Notes under the pieces: model-generated
Database searches by the model: none
Told to the model about the DNA's origin: nothing
What the model saw: only the letters and a program-made list of their open reading frames with translations
Shown: positions 1 to 6,194 of the stretch, piece after piece
How positions within the stretch are numbered: position 1 is the stretch's first letter
Layout of the letters: the number at the start of each line of letters is the position of its first letter
Position numbers and translations under genes: made by a program
IMG/VR virus record: IMGVR_UViG_2531839239_000027
Reading direction: 5' to 3' (one strand)
Length of the DNA: 8,256 nucleotides
Origin: a virus
Lineage: Duplodnaviria; Heunggongvirae; Uroviricota; Caudoviricetes

Positions 1-1242
1 ATGGCGAGAAAAACACCCCCATTAACCACAGTACAGATCAAAGCAGCCAGACCAGCAGAAAAGGAATACACCCTACAGGACGGCGGAGGGCTTTTTCTCC
101 TGATCAAACCGTCCGGATCAAAACTCTGGAGATTTTCCTACTACCGACCATCGGACAAAAAAAGAATATTGCTGAGTTTTGGATCGCTTGATGATGTTTC
201 CCTGGCTGATGCCAGAAAACGCCGTAGCGAGTACAGGGCGTTAATTCGTGCCGGAACTGACCCGCAGGACCACGAGAGGCAAAAAAGAGAGACAGAGGCC
301 CGAAGACAAGGGAACACGTTCGAAAATGTGGCAACAGCATGGTACCAGGTGAAAATCAGCCAGAATCTGGCCCCCAATACGATTAAAGACATCTGGCGAT
401 CGCTGGAAAAATATGTATTCCCGTTCATCGGCAACACGCCAATAGACACCCTGACCGCTCGCAGGTTTGTTGAGGTGCTTACCCCCATCAAGGAACGTGG
501 CAACCTGGAAACGCTCAAGCGAGTTTTACAGCGTGTAAATGAGGTAATGGATTACGCCGCCAATAGTGGGATGATTGATGCCAATCCGGCTATGAATGTG
601 CGTAAGGCGTTCCCCTCCCCTGTAAAAAAACATATGCCAACAATCCGCCCCGAACAGCTGCCGGAGCTTATGCAGGCTTTATCAGTATCGGCAACAGAAC
701 GGCAGACCAGATTACTGATTGAATGGCAGTTACTGACCGTAACCCGTCCCGTTGAAGCATCGTCGGCACGCTGGGAAGAAATCGACATGGAGGCGCAACG
801 CTGGACCATACCCGCCGGACGCATGAAGATGCGCCGCGACCACGTTATCCCGCTTTGTGACCAGGCTATGGCAGTGCTGGAGGCTATGAAACCAATCAGC
901 CACCACCGCGATTATGTTTTCCCAAGTCTGAAAGACCCACGGCAGCCGATGAACAGCCAGACAGCAAACGCAGCATTACGACGCATGGGGTTCGCTGGCG
1001 TGCTGGTGTCTCATGGATTACGCGCCATATTCAGCACAGCAGCGAACGAGGAAGGATTCGAGCCGGACGTAATCGAGGCGGCACTTGCCCACGTCGACAC
1101 CAACGAAGTCAGACGGGCATACAACCGGAGCAACTACATAGAAAAACGCGTGGTGCTTATGCGCTGGTGGGGCGAATTTGTCGAGGCTGCGGCGACGGGC
1201 GTAACCCTCGCCAGTGGTAAAAGGGGTATCCGAGCCGTTTAG
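1..1242 (+). CDS. int: P4-type tyrosine integrase / site-specific recombinase
   Basis: 413-aa ORF starting at window position 1. N-terminus (LQDGGGLFLLIKPSGSKLWRFSYY...SLADARKRR) fits the arm-binding domain pattern of P4-family integrases. C-terminus has H-x-x-R (HGLRAIF) and the LAHV...RAYNRSNY tyrosine box of tyrosine recombinases. Its promoter and any att site lie outside the window. Confidence 0.9.
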   Translation: MARKTPPLTTVQIKAARPAEKEYTLQDGGGLFLLIKPSGSKLWRFSYYRPSDKKRILLSFGSLDDVSLADARKRRSEYRALIRAGTDPQDHERQKRETEARRQGNTFENVATAWYQVKISQNLAPNTIKDIWRSLEKYVFPFIGNTPIDTLTARRFVEVLTPIKERGNLETLKRVLQRVNEVMDYAANSGMIDANPAMNVRKAFPSPVKKHMPTIRPEQLPELMQALSVSATERQTRLLIEWQLLTVTRPVEASSARWEEIDMEAQRWTIPAGRMKMRRDHVIPLCDQAMAVLEAMKPISHHRDYVFPSLKDPRQPMNSQTANAALRRMGFAGVLVSHGLRAIFSTAANEEGFEPDVIEAALAHVDTNEVRRAYNRSNYIEKRVVLMRWWGEFVEAAATGVTLASGKRGIRAV

Positions 1243-1284
1243 CTGTACAGAAAACCAGTAAAAACTACGAAAACCATTTAAAAC

Positions 1285-1314
1285 CGTCGTATAATTGCAT
1301 CACATTTAACGACG
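1285..1314 (+). promoter_or_regulatory. Candidate sigma70 promoter: perfect -10 TATAAT (1290-1295), weak -35, flanked by inverted repeat CGTCGT(1285-1290)/ACGACG(1309-1314)
   Basis: TATAAT hexamer read directly; no good TTGACA-like -35 at 17 bp. The 6-bp inverted repeat brackets the -10 and predicted start site, so it could be an operator. Not verified. Confidence 0.35.
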
Positions 1315-1340
1315 AGGCCTTGAAAAATGAAACCGTTAAG

Positions 1341-1571
1341 ATGCAAACAAATTTCAGATGCAATTGCGACGGGCTGCAACTGGCCCTGATGGTTCAGCAT
1401 GAATTTTGGTCAACCTACGATCCGGAGGACAGAACGACGGCCCCATCAAAAAAACAGGTAGTAGATTTCCTGGTATCCCGTGGAGCTTCCAGAAATCTGG
1501 CTGTAAGTATTGATAAGGTTGTACGTCCGGCATCCATGAAGACCGGAGGCAGGCCCAAAAAATGGCGGTAA
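1341..1571 (+). CDS. Hypothetical small protein with a possible HTH-like segment; may instead be a non-coding transcript
   Basis: ORF-track frame 1320..1571 (TTG at 1320, first ATG at 1341). Neither start has a convincing Shine-Dalgarno; the GAGG at 1314-1317 is best placed for an out-of-frame 19-codon ORF at 1327. The unit is bounded by the TATAAT promoter and a strong terminator. Segment GASRNLAVSIDKVVR is HTH-like by eye only. Confidence 0.3.
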   Translation: MQTNFRCNCDGLQLALMVQHEFWSTYDPEDRTTAPSKKQVVDFLVSRGASRNLAVSIDKVVRPASMKTGGRPKKWR

Positions 1572-1581
1572 CAATCCTGAA

Positions 1582-1606
1582 AGCGGCAGAAATGCCGCTT
1601 TTTTTA
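1582..1606 (+). terminator. Rho-independent terminator
   Basis: Stem AGCGGCA (1582-1588), loop GAAA, stem TGCCGCT (1593-1599), followed by a T-run to 1605. Confidence 0.7.
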
Positions 1607-1634
1607 TAAATCCCTTTCAAATCATCAATATAAA

Positions 1635-1720
1635 AAACGGTGTATACCGTTTAAAAACGGTGAGTACTGTTTTTCCCTGCATCCGATGATTTACCGTATT
1701 TCTCACCGGAATACACCGGA
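1635..1720 (+). promoter_or_regulatory. Candidate operator cluster upstream of alpA: two tandem palindromes plus direct repeats
   Basis: AAACGGT-N4-ACCGTTT at 1635-1652 (perfect 7-bp arms) and AAACGGT-N4-ACTGTTT at 1655-1672 (6/7), centres 20 bp apart. Direct repeats CACCGGA at 1704-1710 and 1714-1720. Shine-Dalgarno GAGG at 1725-1728 for the 1739 ATG. No clean -35/-10 pair identified. Confidence 0.4.
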
Positions 1721-1738
1721 TTAATGAGGTAAATCACG

Positions 1739-1945
1739 ATGGAAGCAATCAAAAAAGTCATCTTTCGCCAGGAAGTAAAAAAACTTATCCATATTAAGGC
1801 AGACAGCACGCTGCAAAGCATGATCAACGCCGGAGAATTCCCGCAGGGTTTTCGTGTCGGTTTGCGCCGTCGCGGATGGTATGAGGAAGACGTAATCGCA
1901 TGGATGAAAGAACGCGAACAAGAAGCGCGCGGAACGACCGCTTAA
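1739..1945 (+). CDS. alpA: AlpA-family phage regulatory protein (excisionase/activator-like DNA-binding protein)
   Basis: 68-aa ORF; motif ...SMINAGEFPQGFRVGLRRRGWYEEDVIAWMKERE matches the AlpA-family pattern (FP.G.r.G.r..gW.e.dv..W). GAGG 10 nt upstream of the ATG. Position just after int is typical of P4-like and PICI elements. Confidence 0.85.
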   Translation: MEAIKKVIFRQEVKKLIHIKADSTLQSMINAGEFPQGFRVGLRRRGWYEEDVIAWMKEREQEARGTTA

Positions 1946-1970
1946 CATATATAGGGCAAATGATGAACAT

Positions 1971-1998
1971 AAAAAAAGCGGCCCCGAAATGGAGCCAC
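1971..1998 (-). terminator. Rho-independent terminator for minus-strand transcription
   Basis: Read on the minus strand: GUGGCUCC-AUUUC-GGGGCCGC (8-bp stem including two G-U pairs, 5-nt loop) followed by U7 (plus-strand A-run 1971-1977). Would stop transcripts from the RHH gene before they run antisense into alpA. Confidence 0.55.
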
Positions 1999-2066
1999 CT
2001 TTCTGAACAATTAACCCGCTGCGCCGTATGTGTCAACAATCATAAGCCTGGGCATGATAACCGCGA

Positions 2067-2270
2067 TCAGGCTGGTGGGCAATTATCTTGCTTGTTGGGG
2101 CCGTATTGTGCTGCCATTTTCATCCGTTCAGAACGTGAATATTTTTTTAGAAACTCATCAAGGACAAAAGCGCATGGTGCGAATCTTTCTGATTCATGCT
2201 CGAGCGCCATATTTTCGTGCTCTCTGTTCGTTTTTTGCGATGGTGTATTGGTTGATTCTTTATTGGTCAT
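2067..2270 (-). CDS. Hypothetical small protein (67 aa; alternative internal ATG at 2210 gives 47 aa); doubtful
   Basis: Only minus-strand ORF between the RHH gene stop (2328) and the minus-strand terminator (1971-1998), so it lies inside that transcript. Weak Shine-Dalgarno, lower-GC region, no recognisable motifs. Could be non-coding. Confidence 0.25.
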   Translation of the reverse strand: MTNKESTNTPSQKTNREHENMALEHESERFAPCAFVLDEFLKKYSRSERMKMAAQYGPNKQDNCPPA

Positions 2271-2327
2271 TGTGTGTACCTGTAAAGCAATGCGCCGTAG
2301 TACCTCACACCACGGCGCTGATAGTGA

Positions 2328-2633
2328 TTATTCTGATTCTTTGGCCTTGCGGCGCTGGAGTTCTTCACGTGCGACAGTGACGAGCTGCCCGATCTCCTCG
2401 GCGGCTTTGATTCCGAGTTTTTCCACCTGCGCCAGTGCATTGAGCGAAGAAATCAGGAGGTTTTCTCCGCTTCCTTCTGCCTGGCGGCGGGCGATTTCAC
2501 CGCGCATGGCGGTTACTATGAATCCGGCGTTGCTTTCACCGTCCAGTTTTACGGATTCCATGCCTTCAATAACATCATGCGGGATCCGAGCTGTCAGTGA
2601 TTGTGATTTTGCGTTTTTTGAACCTGTAGCCAT
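2328..2633 (-). CDS. Ribbon-helix-helix (Arc/CopG/MetJ-like) DNA-binding protein with C-terminal helical extension; putative repressor
   Basis: ORF-track frame 2328..2648 begins at TTG; the ATG at 2633-2631 with GAGAGG Shine-Dalgarno is the likelier start (101 aa). N-terminus KSQSLTARIPHDVIEGMESVKLDGESNAGFIVTAMRGEIARR has the beta-strand/helix/helix layout of RHH regulators. Divergent from the Icd-like-to-rep operon across an operator-rich region. Confidence 0.6.
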   Translation of the reverse strand: MATGSKNAKSQSLTARIPHDVIEGMESVKLDGESNAGFIVTAMRGEIARRQAEGSGENLLISSLNALAQVEKLGIKAAEEIGQLVTVAREELQRRKAKESE

Positions 2634-2654
2634 CTGTAATCCTCTCAATGAAAG

Positions 2655-2749
2655 TGTAAGACAATATACACATAAAAAGTCTTACATAAAAGCATTGACA
2701 TGTAAGCCACCTATAAATAAAGTTACTTACACCTTGTTAATGCAAGGTG
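2655..2749. promoter_or_regulatory. Divergent promoter/operator region: two TGTAAG...CTTACA palindromes, a sigma70-like promoter and a leader inverted repeat
   Basis: IR1 TGTAAGAC-N16-GTCTTACA (2655-2686). -35 TTGACA (2695-2700), 17-bp spacer, -10 TAAAGT (2718-2723), pointing rightward. IR2 TGTAAG-N19-CTTACA (2701-2731) overlaps the spacer and -10. IR3 CACCTTG-N6-CAAGGTG (2730-2749) sits at the predicted start site. A TATATT hexamer on the minus strand within IR1 could be the -10 for the RHH gene. Confidence 0.55.
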
Positions 2750-2829
2750 CAGAAACGACGAAACCCCGCACTGTAGGAGCAGTAACGGGGCTTCTAACCA
2801 CCAACGATAACGAGAGTATCGAGGTAGCT

Positions 2830-3030
2830 ATGAGAAATCATACCACACACCCGCAAGGGCGGGACTCGCACAACCTGAATAAATACATTTGGCGTTTTAT
2901 CGCCCTGAGCACTGCACAACCGCGCGTGATTACCATTGAGGCCACCAGCGAACAGGAAGCACGCCTGCAATCCCCGGCTGGCTGCGTGATGGTATTCGCT
3001 GCCCGTATTCGTCAGGGGGTAGGCTTATGA
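2830..3030 (+). CDS. Small protein resembling host cell-division inhibitor Icd-like proteins of P1/P4-type prophages
   Basis: 66 codons, the C-terminal part of the spurious long ORF 1900..3030. GAGG at 2821-2824, 5 nt before the ATG. Motif YIWRFIALS...TSEQEARLQ...VMVFAARIRQG matches my recollection of the Icd-like pattern (rF.f.a....A..E.aR...lAR.fvL.FAGR); from memory, not searched. Stop overlaps the next start (ATGA at 3027-3030). Confidence 0.45.
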   Translation: MRNHTTHPQGRDSHNLNKYIWRFIALSTAQPRVITIEATSEQEARLQSPAGCVMVFAARIRQGVGL

Positions 3031-3689
3031 GCCAGGAAATCACACTACAACAGGCAGCAGAACGCGCCCACCAAATCGAAGTTATTTGCGCACTGGCAGA
3101 GGATTACCCAAGCATGATGACCGACAGAGAATCAGGGGCAATCATCAGCTTACTTAAACGCCTTAGCGGTGAGGTCTGCGTATTCCTGATCGATGAACAG
3201 GAAAGAAGAACGCTTATTTCTAACGAAAAAAATGCGGAGGGGTACATGTGCAATAAAACCACACCGGACGCAGCCGCCGCGCTCACTACGCTGATGCACG
3301 CACTTATTGATATTGAATGCACGGCAGAGCTTGCGCAGGGAGAAGAACAGAAAGACCGGACACAGTTCGCCCTGGAATGTATCCGATACATCGCAACGCG
3401 GTCGCTGAATGACGCTAAAAATATTCTTGTTGCTGATTGTGAAAATGGGGGGGTTATGCGTGATGATCGTTTTAATTCCCTGAAACAAGAATTTTCCGGC
3501 GTTCCTGATGATGCGGCTGATGCGCTTTCGTCAATGCCAGAACTTATTAGAGCGGCTTTTTTCTTACTTTCCACGAGAGAATATAAATCAACGGGACTTG
3601 ATGTACTGAATATCGCCGCCGATTATGCGGAATATGTGGCAGAGGCGCGTTACAGAAGAAAATTTCCTGAGGATGTAAGCCATGCGTGA
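3027..3689 (+). CDS. Hypothetical protein (220 aa, acidic, predicted helical); function unknown
   Basis: Start overlaps the Icd-like stop; 8-nt overlap with the next ORF (ATGCGTGA at 3682-3689). G-rich Shine-Dalgarno-like stretch upstream. No catalytic or nucleotide-binding motif recognised. Confidence 0.6.
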   Translation: MSQEITLQQAAERAHQIEVICALAEDYPSMMTDRESGAIISLLKRLSGEVCVFLIDEQERRTLISNEKNAEGYMCNKTTPDAAAALTTLMHALIDIECTAELAQGEEQKDRTQFALECIRYIATRSLNDAKNILVADCENGGVMRDDRFNSLKQEFSGVPDDAADALSSMPELIRAAFFLLSTREYKSTGLDVLNIAADYAEYVAEARYRRKFPEDVSHA

Positions 3690-3915
3690 TATTTATCTTG
3701 AAACAATAGACCGCGCATCACTTGCACTTTCTCACAGTGAAAACATGATGGAAATATTGCGGATGTGCCTTGAATCCTTTGGCGATAATGAACGTAATGC
3801 AAAAAAAACGCGGATTATTACATCATTAATAACGCTTCTTGAGTCTGTAATAAATGAGTTGCAGGAAATAGAGACATTGCACGACAGATATAACGAACAG
3901 CACACCGGAGAATAA
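3682..3915 (+). CDS. Hypothetical protein (77 aa)
   Basis: GAGGA at 3668-3672 upstream of the ATG; start overlaps the upstream gene. No recognisable motif. Confidence 0.5.
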   Translation: MRDIYLETIDRASLALSHSENMMEILRMCLESFGDNERNAKKTRIITSLITLLESVINELQEIETLHDRYNEQHTGE

Positions 3916-3920
3916 AAATA

Positions 3921-4220
3921 ATGAAACTTAAATATTCTGGCTTAACTGCCAGTGGCAACACTCACCCTAAATTTACGCGCGGTGATATTTACCGCGACCA
4001 GTACGGCGGCACGGTAATGATTAAGGGCGTGGCGGGACGGTGCGTAACTTACCGCCGTGAAGGTTACGAATATGATTGCGTGATGCCTGTTTATCAGTTC
4101 CGGCGTGATTTTTCTCTGGTACAGACCGCGCCGCATAACGTGCCCACCAGCAACGCCAGGGCACGGGCAAACATCCAGAAGCTGAAAACCATGATTAACG
4201 GATTCAGGGGCAAGAAATGA
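3921..4220 (+). CDS. Hypothetical protein (99 aa, basic, Gly/Tyr/Arg-rich)
   Basis: GGAG at 3906-3909; stop overlaps the rep start (ATGA at 4217-4220). No recognisable motif. Confidence 0.5.
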   Translation: MKLKYSGLTASGNTHPKFTRGDIYRDQYGGTVMIKGVAGRCVTYRREGYEYDCVMPVYQFRRDFSLVQTAPHNVPTSNARARANIQKLKTMINGFRGKK

Positions 4221-5617
4221 AAAGCGCACCGAACTTAAAAAAACAGCCTTACGACAAGATGACCGAAGTCATCATTTTTGCGGGTAGTGATGCGTGGGCA
4301 CATGCGAAACAGTGGCAGGAACAGGACGGGCGACTGGCTGGCGATAATGTGCCTCCCGTTGTGCTGGCTGATGATCAACTGGATGAACTGGCAGACCTGA
4401 GAATCATCGACGAGGGGCGCTATTGTGTCCGGCTGTACAAGGCAGGCCACATCAGGCCATCAAATATTAATGCCATTGCGCACAAGCTGGCGGCGGCGGG
4501 TGTAACTGATGCGAATTATTACCCCGAAGGGATGCACAGCCAGAAGCGGGAGAACTGGCGCGAATATCTGGAACGGGAGCGGGGGAAAAAGCCAGGGGAA
4601 GAAAAACACCACCAGCGAAAAACCACGCTACCAATGAGCGTGGGATCTGCCGGATACGACACACAACTTGATTACGTGGTTAAGGGGATTATTCCGGCGG
4701 TATCGCTGTGCAGCATATACGGGGCGAGCGGTTCATATAAATCGTTCCTTGCGGGTTCGTGGGCGTGTCACGTTTCCACGGGCCGCCAGTGGGGAGGCCG
4801 CAGGGTGGCGCATGGCGCTGTTCTCTATGTGGTTGGTGAAGGCGGTATCGGCGTTCCGCGTCGTGTAAAAGCCTGGGAGGTTGTGCACGGTGAGCAGGTG
4901 AAAAATCTGTATCTGGTAAACCGTCCCATCTTTCCGGCTGCCCCGCTTGATGTTGAGGAAATGGTTATCGCTGCCCGTCAGGTGGAACGGGAAACGGGTA
5001 AACCGGTTCGAATGATTATTCTGGATACGCTGGCGCGCTGCTTTGGCGGCAATGATGAAAATGATTCCCGTGATATGGGGGCGTTTATCCGTGGGTGTGA
5101 CGAACTGAAACGGCGCACAGGGGCAACGGTGCTGGTGGTTCACCATTCCGGCAAGGATGAAACAAAGGGGGCGCGTGGTTCCAGTGCATTTCGTGCATCA
5201 CTGGACGCCGAATACCGGATACGCAGGGAGGACGCAGGCAGCGAAGCGCTGGTTATCTCATGTACCAAAATGAAGGACGCGGAGGAACTCAAAGAAGCAG
5301 CATATGACTTACGCGTGGTGGAGCTTTTTACCGACGCTGACGGGGAGTTAATCACGTCGCTGGTGGTGGTGGATAAGCCGCGCCCTCCCGTTGAACTGGA
5401 GCGCATCGAGGAGGCAGGGAACAAGACGGAGAATCACGCCGCGCTATGGCAGTGCATCAGAACACGAACAGCACACGGGGAGGCGTGCACTATCGCCCTT
5501 CTCCGCGACGATATGAAAAAGCTGGGGTATGAGATGAAGCACTTCCGGCGCTGGCTGTACAAGCTGGAAAATGATGGCGTAATCGTTATTGACGGTGATG
5601 ACGTGCGCCCGCTGTAA
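4217..5617 (+). CDS. rep: Replication protein: RepA/DnaB-like RecA-fold ATPase (AAA_25-type helicase) with an N-terminal domain of unknown function
   Basis: 466 aa. P-loop region YGASGSYKS, Walker B-like MIILDTLARCF, and LVVHHSGKDETKGARGSSAF matching the RepA-family sensor pattern (vhH.gK....RGssa). Followed immediately by an iteron array. AGGGG Shine-Dalgarno at 4204-4209. Confidence 0.8.
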   Translation: MKSAPNLKKQPYDKMTEVIIFAGSDAWAHAKQWQEQDGRLAGDNVPPVVLADDQLDELADLRIIDEGRYCVRLYKAGHIRPSNINAIAHKLAAAGVTDANYYPEGMHSQKRENWREYLERERGKKPGEEKHHQRKTTLPMSVGSAGYDTQLDYVVKGIIPAVSLCSIYGASGSYKSFLAGSWACHVSTGRQWGGRRVAHGAVLYVVGEGGIGVPRRVKAWEVVHGEQVKNLYLVNRPIFPAAPLDVEEMVIAARQVERETGKPVRMIILDTLARCFGGNDENDSRDMGAFIRGCDELKRRTGATVLVVHHSGKDETKGARGSSAFRASLDAEYRIRREDAGSEALVISCTKMKDAEELKEAAYDLRVVELFTDADGELITSLVVVDKPRPPVELERIEEAGNKTENHAALWQCIRTRTAHGEACTIALLRDDMKKLGYEMKHFRRWLYKLENDGVIVIDGDDVRPL

Positions 5618-5819
5618 AAAGTGGGGAGTAAAAGTGGGGGGAGTGGGGAATTTAACAAAATTGAAACATAATTACCCACTTTCCCACCTGTATATACCCA
5701 AAAAAGTGGGGAGTAAAAAACATATTGAAAAACATAACGTTAGAATCACAAAAAAAAGAGGTGGGGAGACGGTGGGTAATTTCAAAAAGTGGGGAGCAAA
5801 AGTGGGGAGTAGTGGGGAA
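5618..5819. repeat. Iteron array flanking an AT-rich core; putative origin of replication
   Basis: At least 9 direct copies of GTGGGGAG/GTGGGGAA/GTGGGTA at approximately 5621, 5634, 5643, 5706, 5761, 5772, 5789, 5802 and 5812. Inverted copies at 5674-5689 (ACCCACTTTCCCACC). A-rich core 5651-5756 with repeated ATTGAAA(AA)CATAA at about 5659 and 5724. Confidence 0.7.
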
Positions 5820-6064
5820 TGAACAGAAAAACCAGAGATAAGACAGCGCCAAAATATAAAGCGTTAGACATGACAGAGCTTTCCTTAAAGGTGGCAATCA
5901 GAACGATAGACCGCCACGCGGGGGAAGGATACGCGAAGGAGCATCCCGAACTGATAAGCGCATTCATGACCACAGCGGCGGCAAACTTTGCCACGCTGAC
6001 AGAACGGGAGATTGCCGAAGCGGAACAGGTAACAACCATCAACGTTAAAAGCGCTGGAGAATAA
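5819..6064 (+). CDS. Hypothetical protein (81 aa; alternative start at ATG 5870 gives 64 aa)
   Basis: ORF begins inside the last iteron and ends 19 nt before a strong terminator. GGGGAG 9 nt upstream of the 5819 ATG. No recognised motif. Confidence 0.4.
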   Translation: MNRKTRDKTAPKYKALDMTELSLKVAIRTIDRHAGEGYAKEHPELISAFMTTAAANFATLTEREIAEAEQVTTINVKSAGE

Positions 6065-6082
6065 CCGAAGAAGTGAGCACAT

Positions 6083-6107
6083 AGCCGGAGCAATCCGGCT
6101 TTTTTTC
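6083..6107 (+). terminator. Rho-independent terminator
   Basis: Stem AGCCGGA (6083-6089), loop GCAA, stem TCCGGCT (6094-6100), then T-run 6100-6106. Confidence 0.7.
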
Positions 6108-6194
6108 GATCTCATATATCTTCAAAGATGGTTAATTAATGATAATCTATCGAAAATACTGGTTATGCAATGATAAGTATCAGGAGAAAACAAA

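Noticed and set aside
104-824. Minus-strand ORFs (78, 125 and 90 aa) inside the integrase gene
   Set aside because: Antisense to a protein with clear family motifs; chance open frames.
1660-1690. Possible LexA (SOS) box near TACTGT upstream of alpA
   Set aside because: There is a CTGT but no ACAG partner at the required 8-bp spacing (CTGT-N8-GCAT), so it does not fit CTGT-N8-ACAG.
2120-2240. Plus-strand T-runs (2142-2148, 2231-2236) as terminators for alpA
   Set aside because: The preceding stems are 4-5 bp with poor loops and lie about 200-290 bp beyond the alpA stop; not convincing intrinsic terminators.
2030-2380. + strand ORF (116 aa, hydrophobic) in the alpA-RHH spacer
   Set aside because: Overlaps the 3' end of the RHH gene on the opposite strand and lies downstream of a region with no promoter or Shine-Dalgarno. 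More likely a chance open frame in AT-rich DNA; cannot be fully excluded.
1900-3030. Long + strand ORF (376 aa) spanning the alpA end, the spacer, and the antisense of the RHH gene
   Set aside because: It runs antisense through a better-supported minus-strand gene and across promoter/operator DNA, and its translation is low-complexity. Only the last 66 codons (2830-3030), which have their own Shine-Dalgarno, are kept as the Icd-like gene.
3104-3574. Minus-strand ORFs (156 and 112 aa) antisense to the 220-aa gene
   Set aside because: Embedded antisense frames inside a translationally coupled + strand operon; no independent expression signals.
4235-5424. Minus-strand ORFs antisense to rep (up to 137 aa) and the + strand 66-aa ORF at 4668-4868
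   Set aside because: All lie within or out of frame of the RepA-like gene, which carries recognisable ATPase motifs; chance frames.
5589-5897. ORFs crossing the iteron region (+ 5589..5822 and - 5652..5897), and the regularly repeated G-rich motif as a possible CRISPR array
   Set aside because: The ORF translations are repeat artefacts (KWGVKVGG...). The repeats are 8-12 bp with irregular short spacing and sit directly after rep, which fits iterons, not 28-37 bp CRISPR repeats with unique spacers; no cas genes are present.
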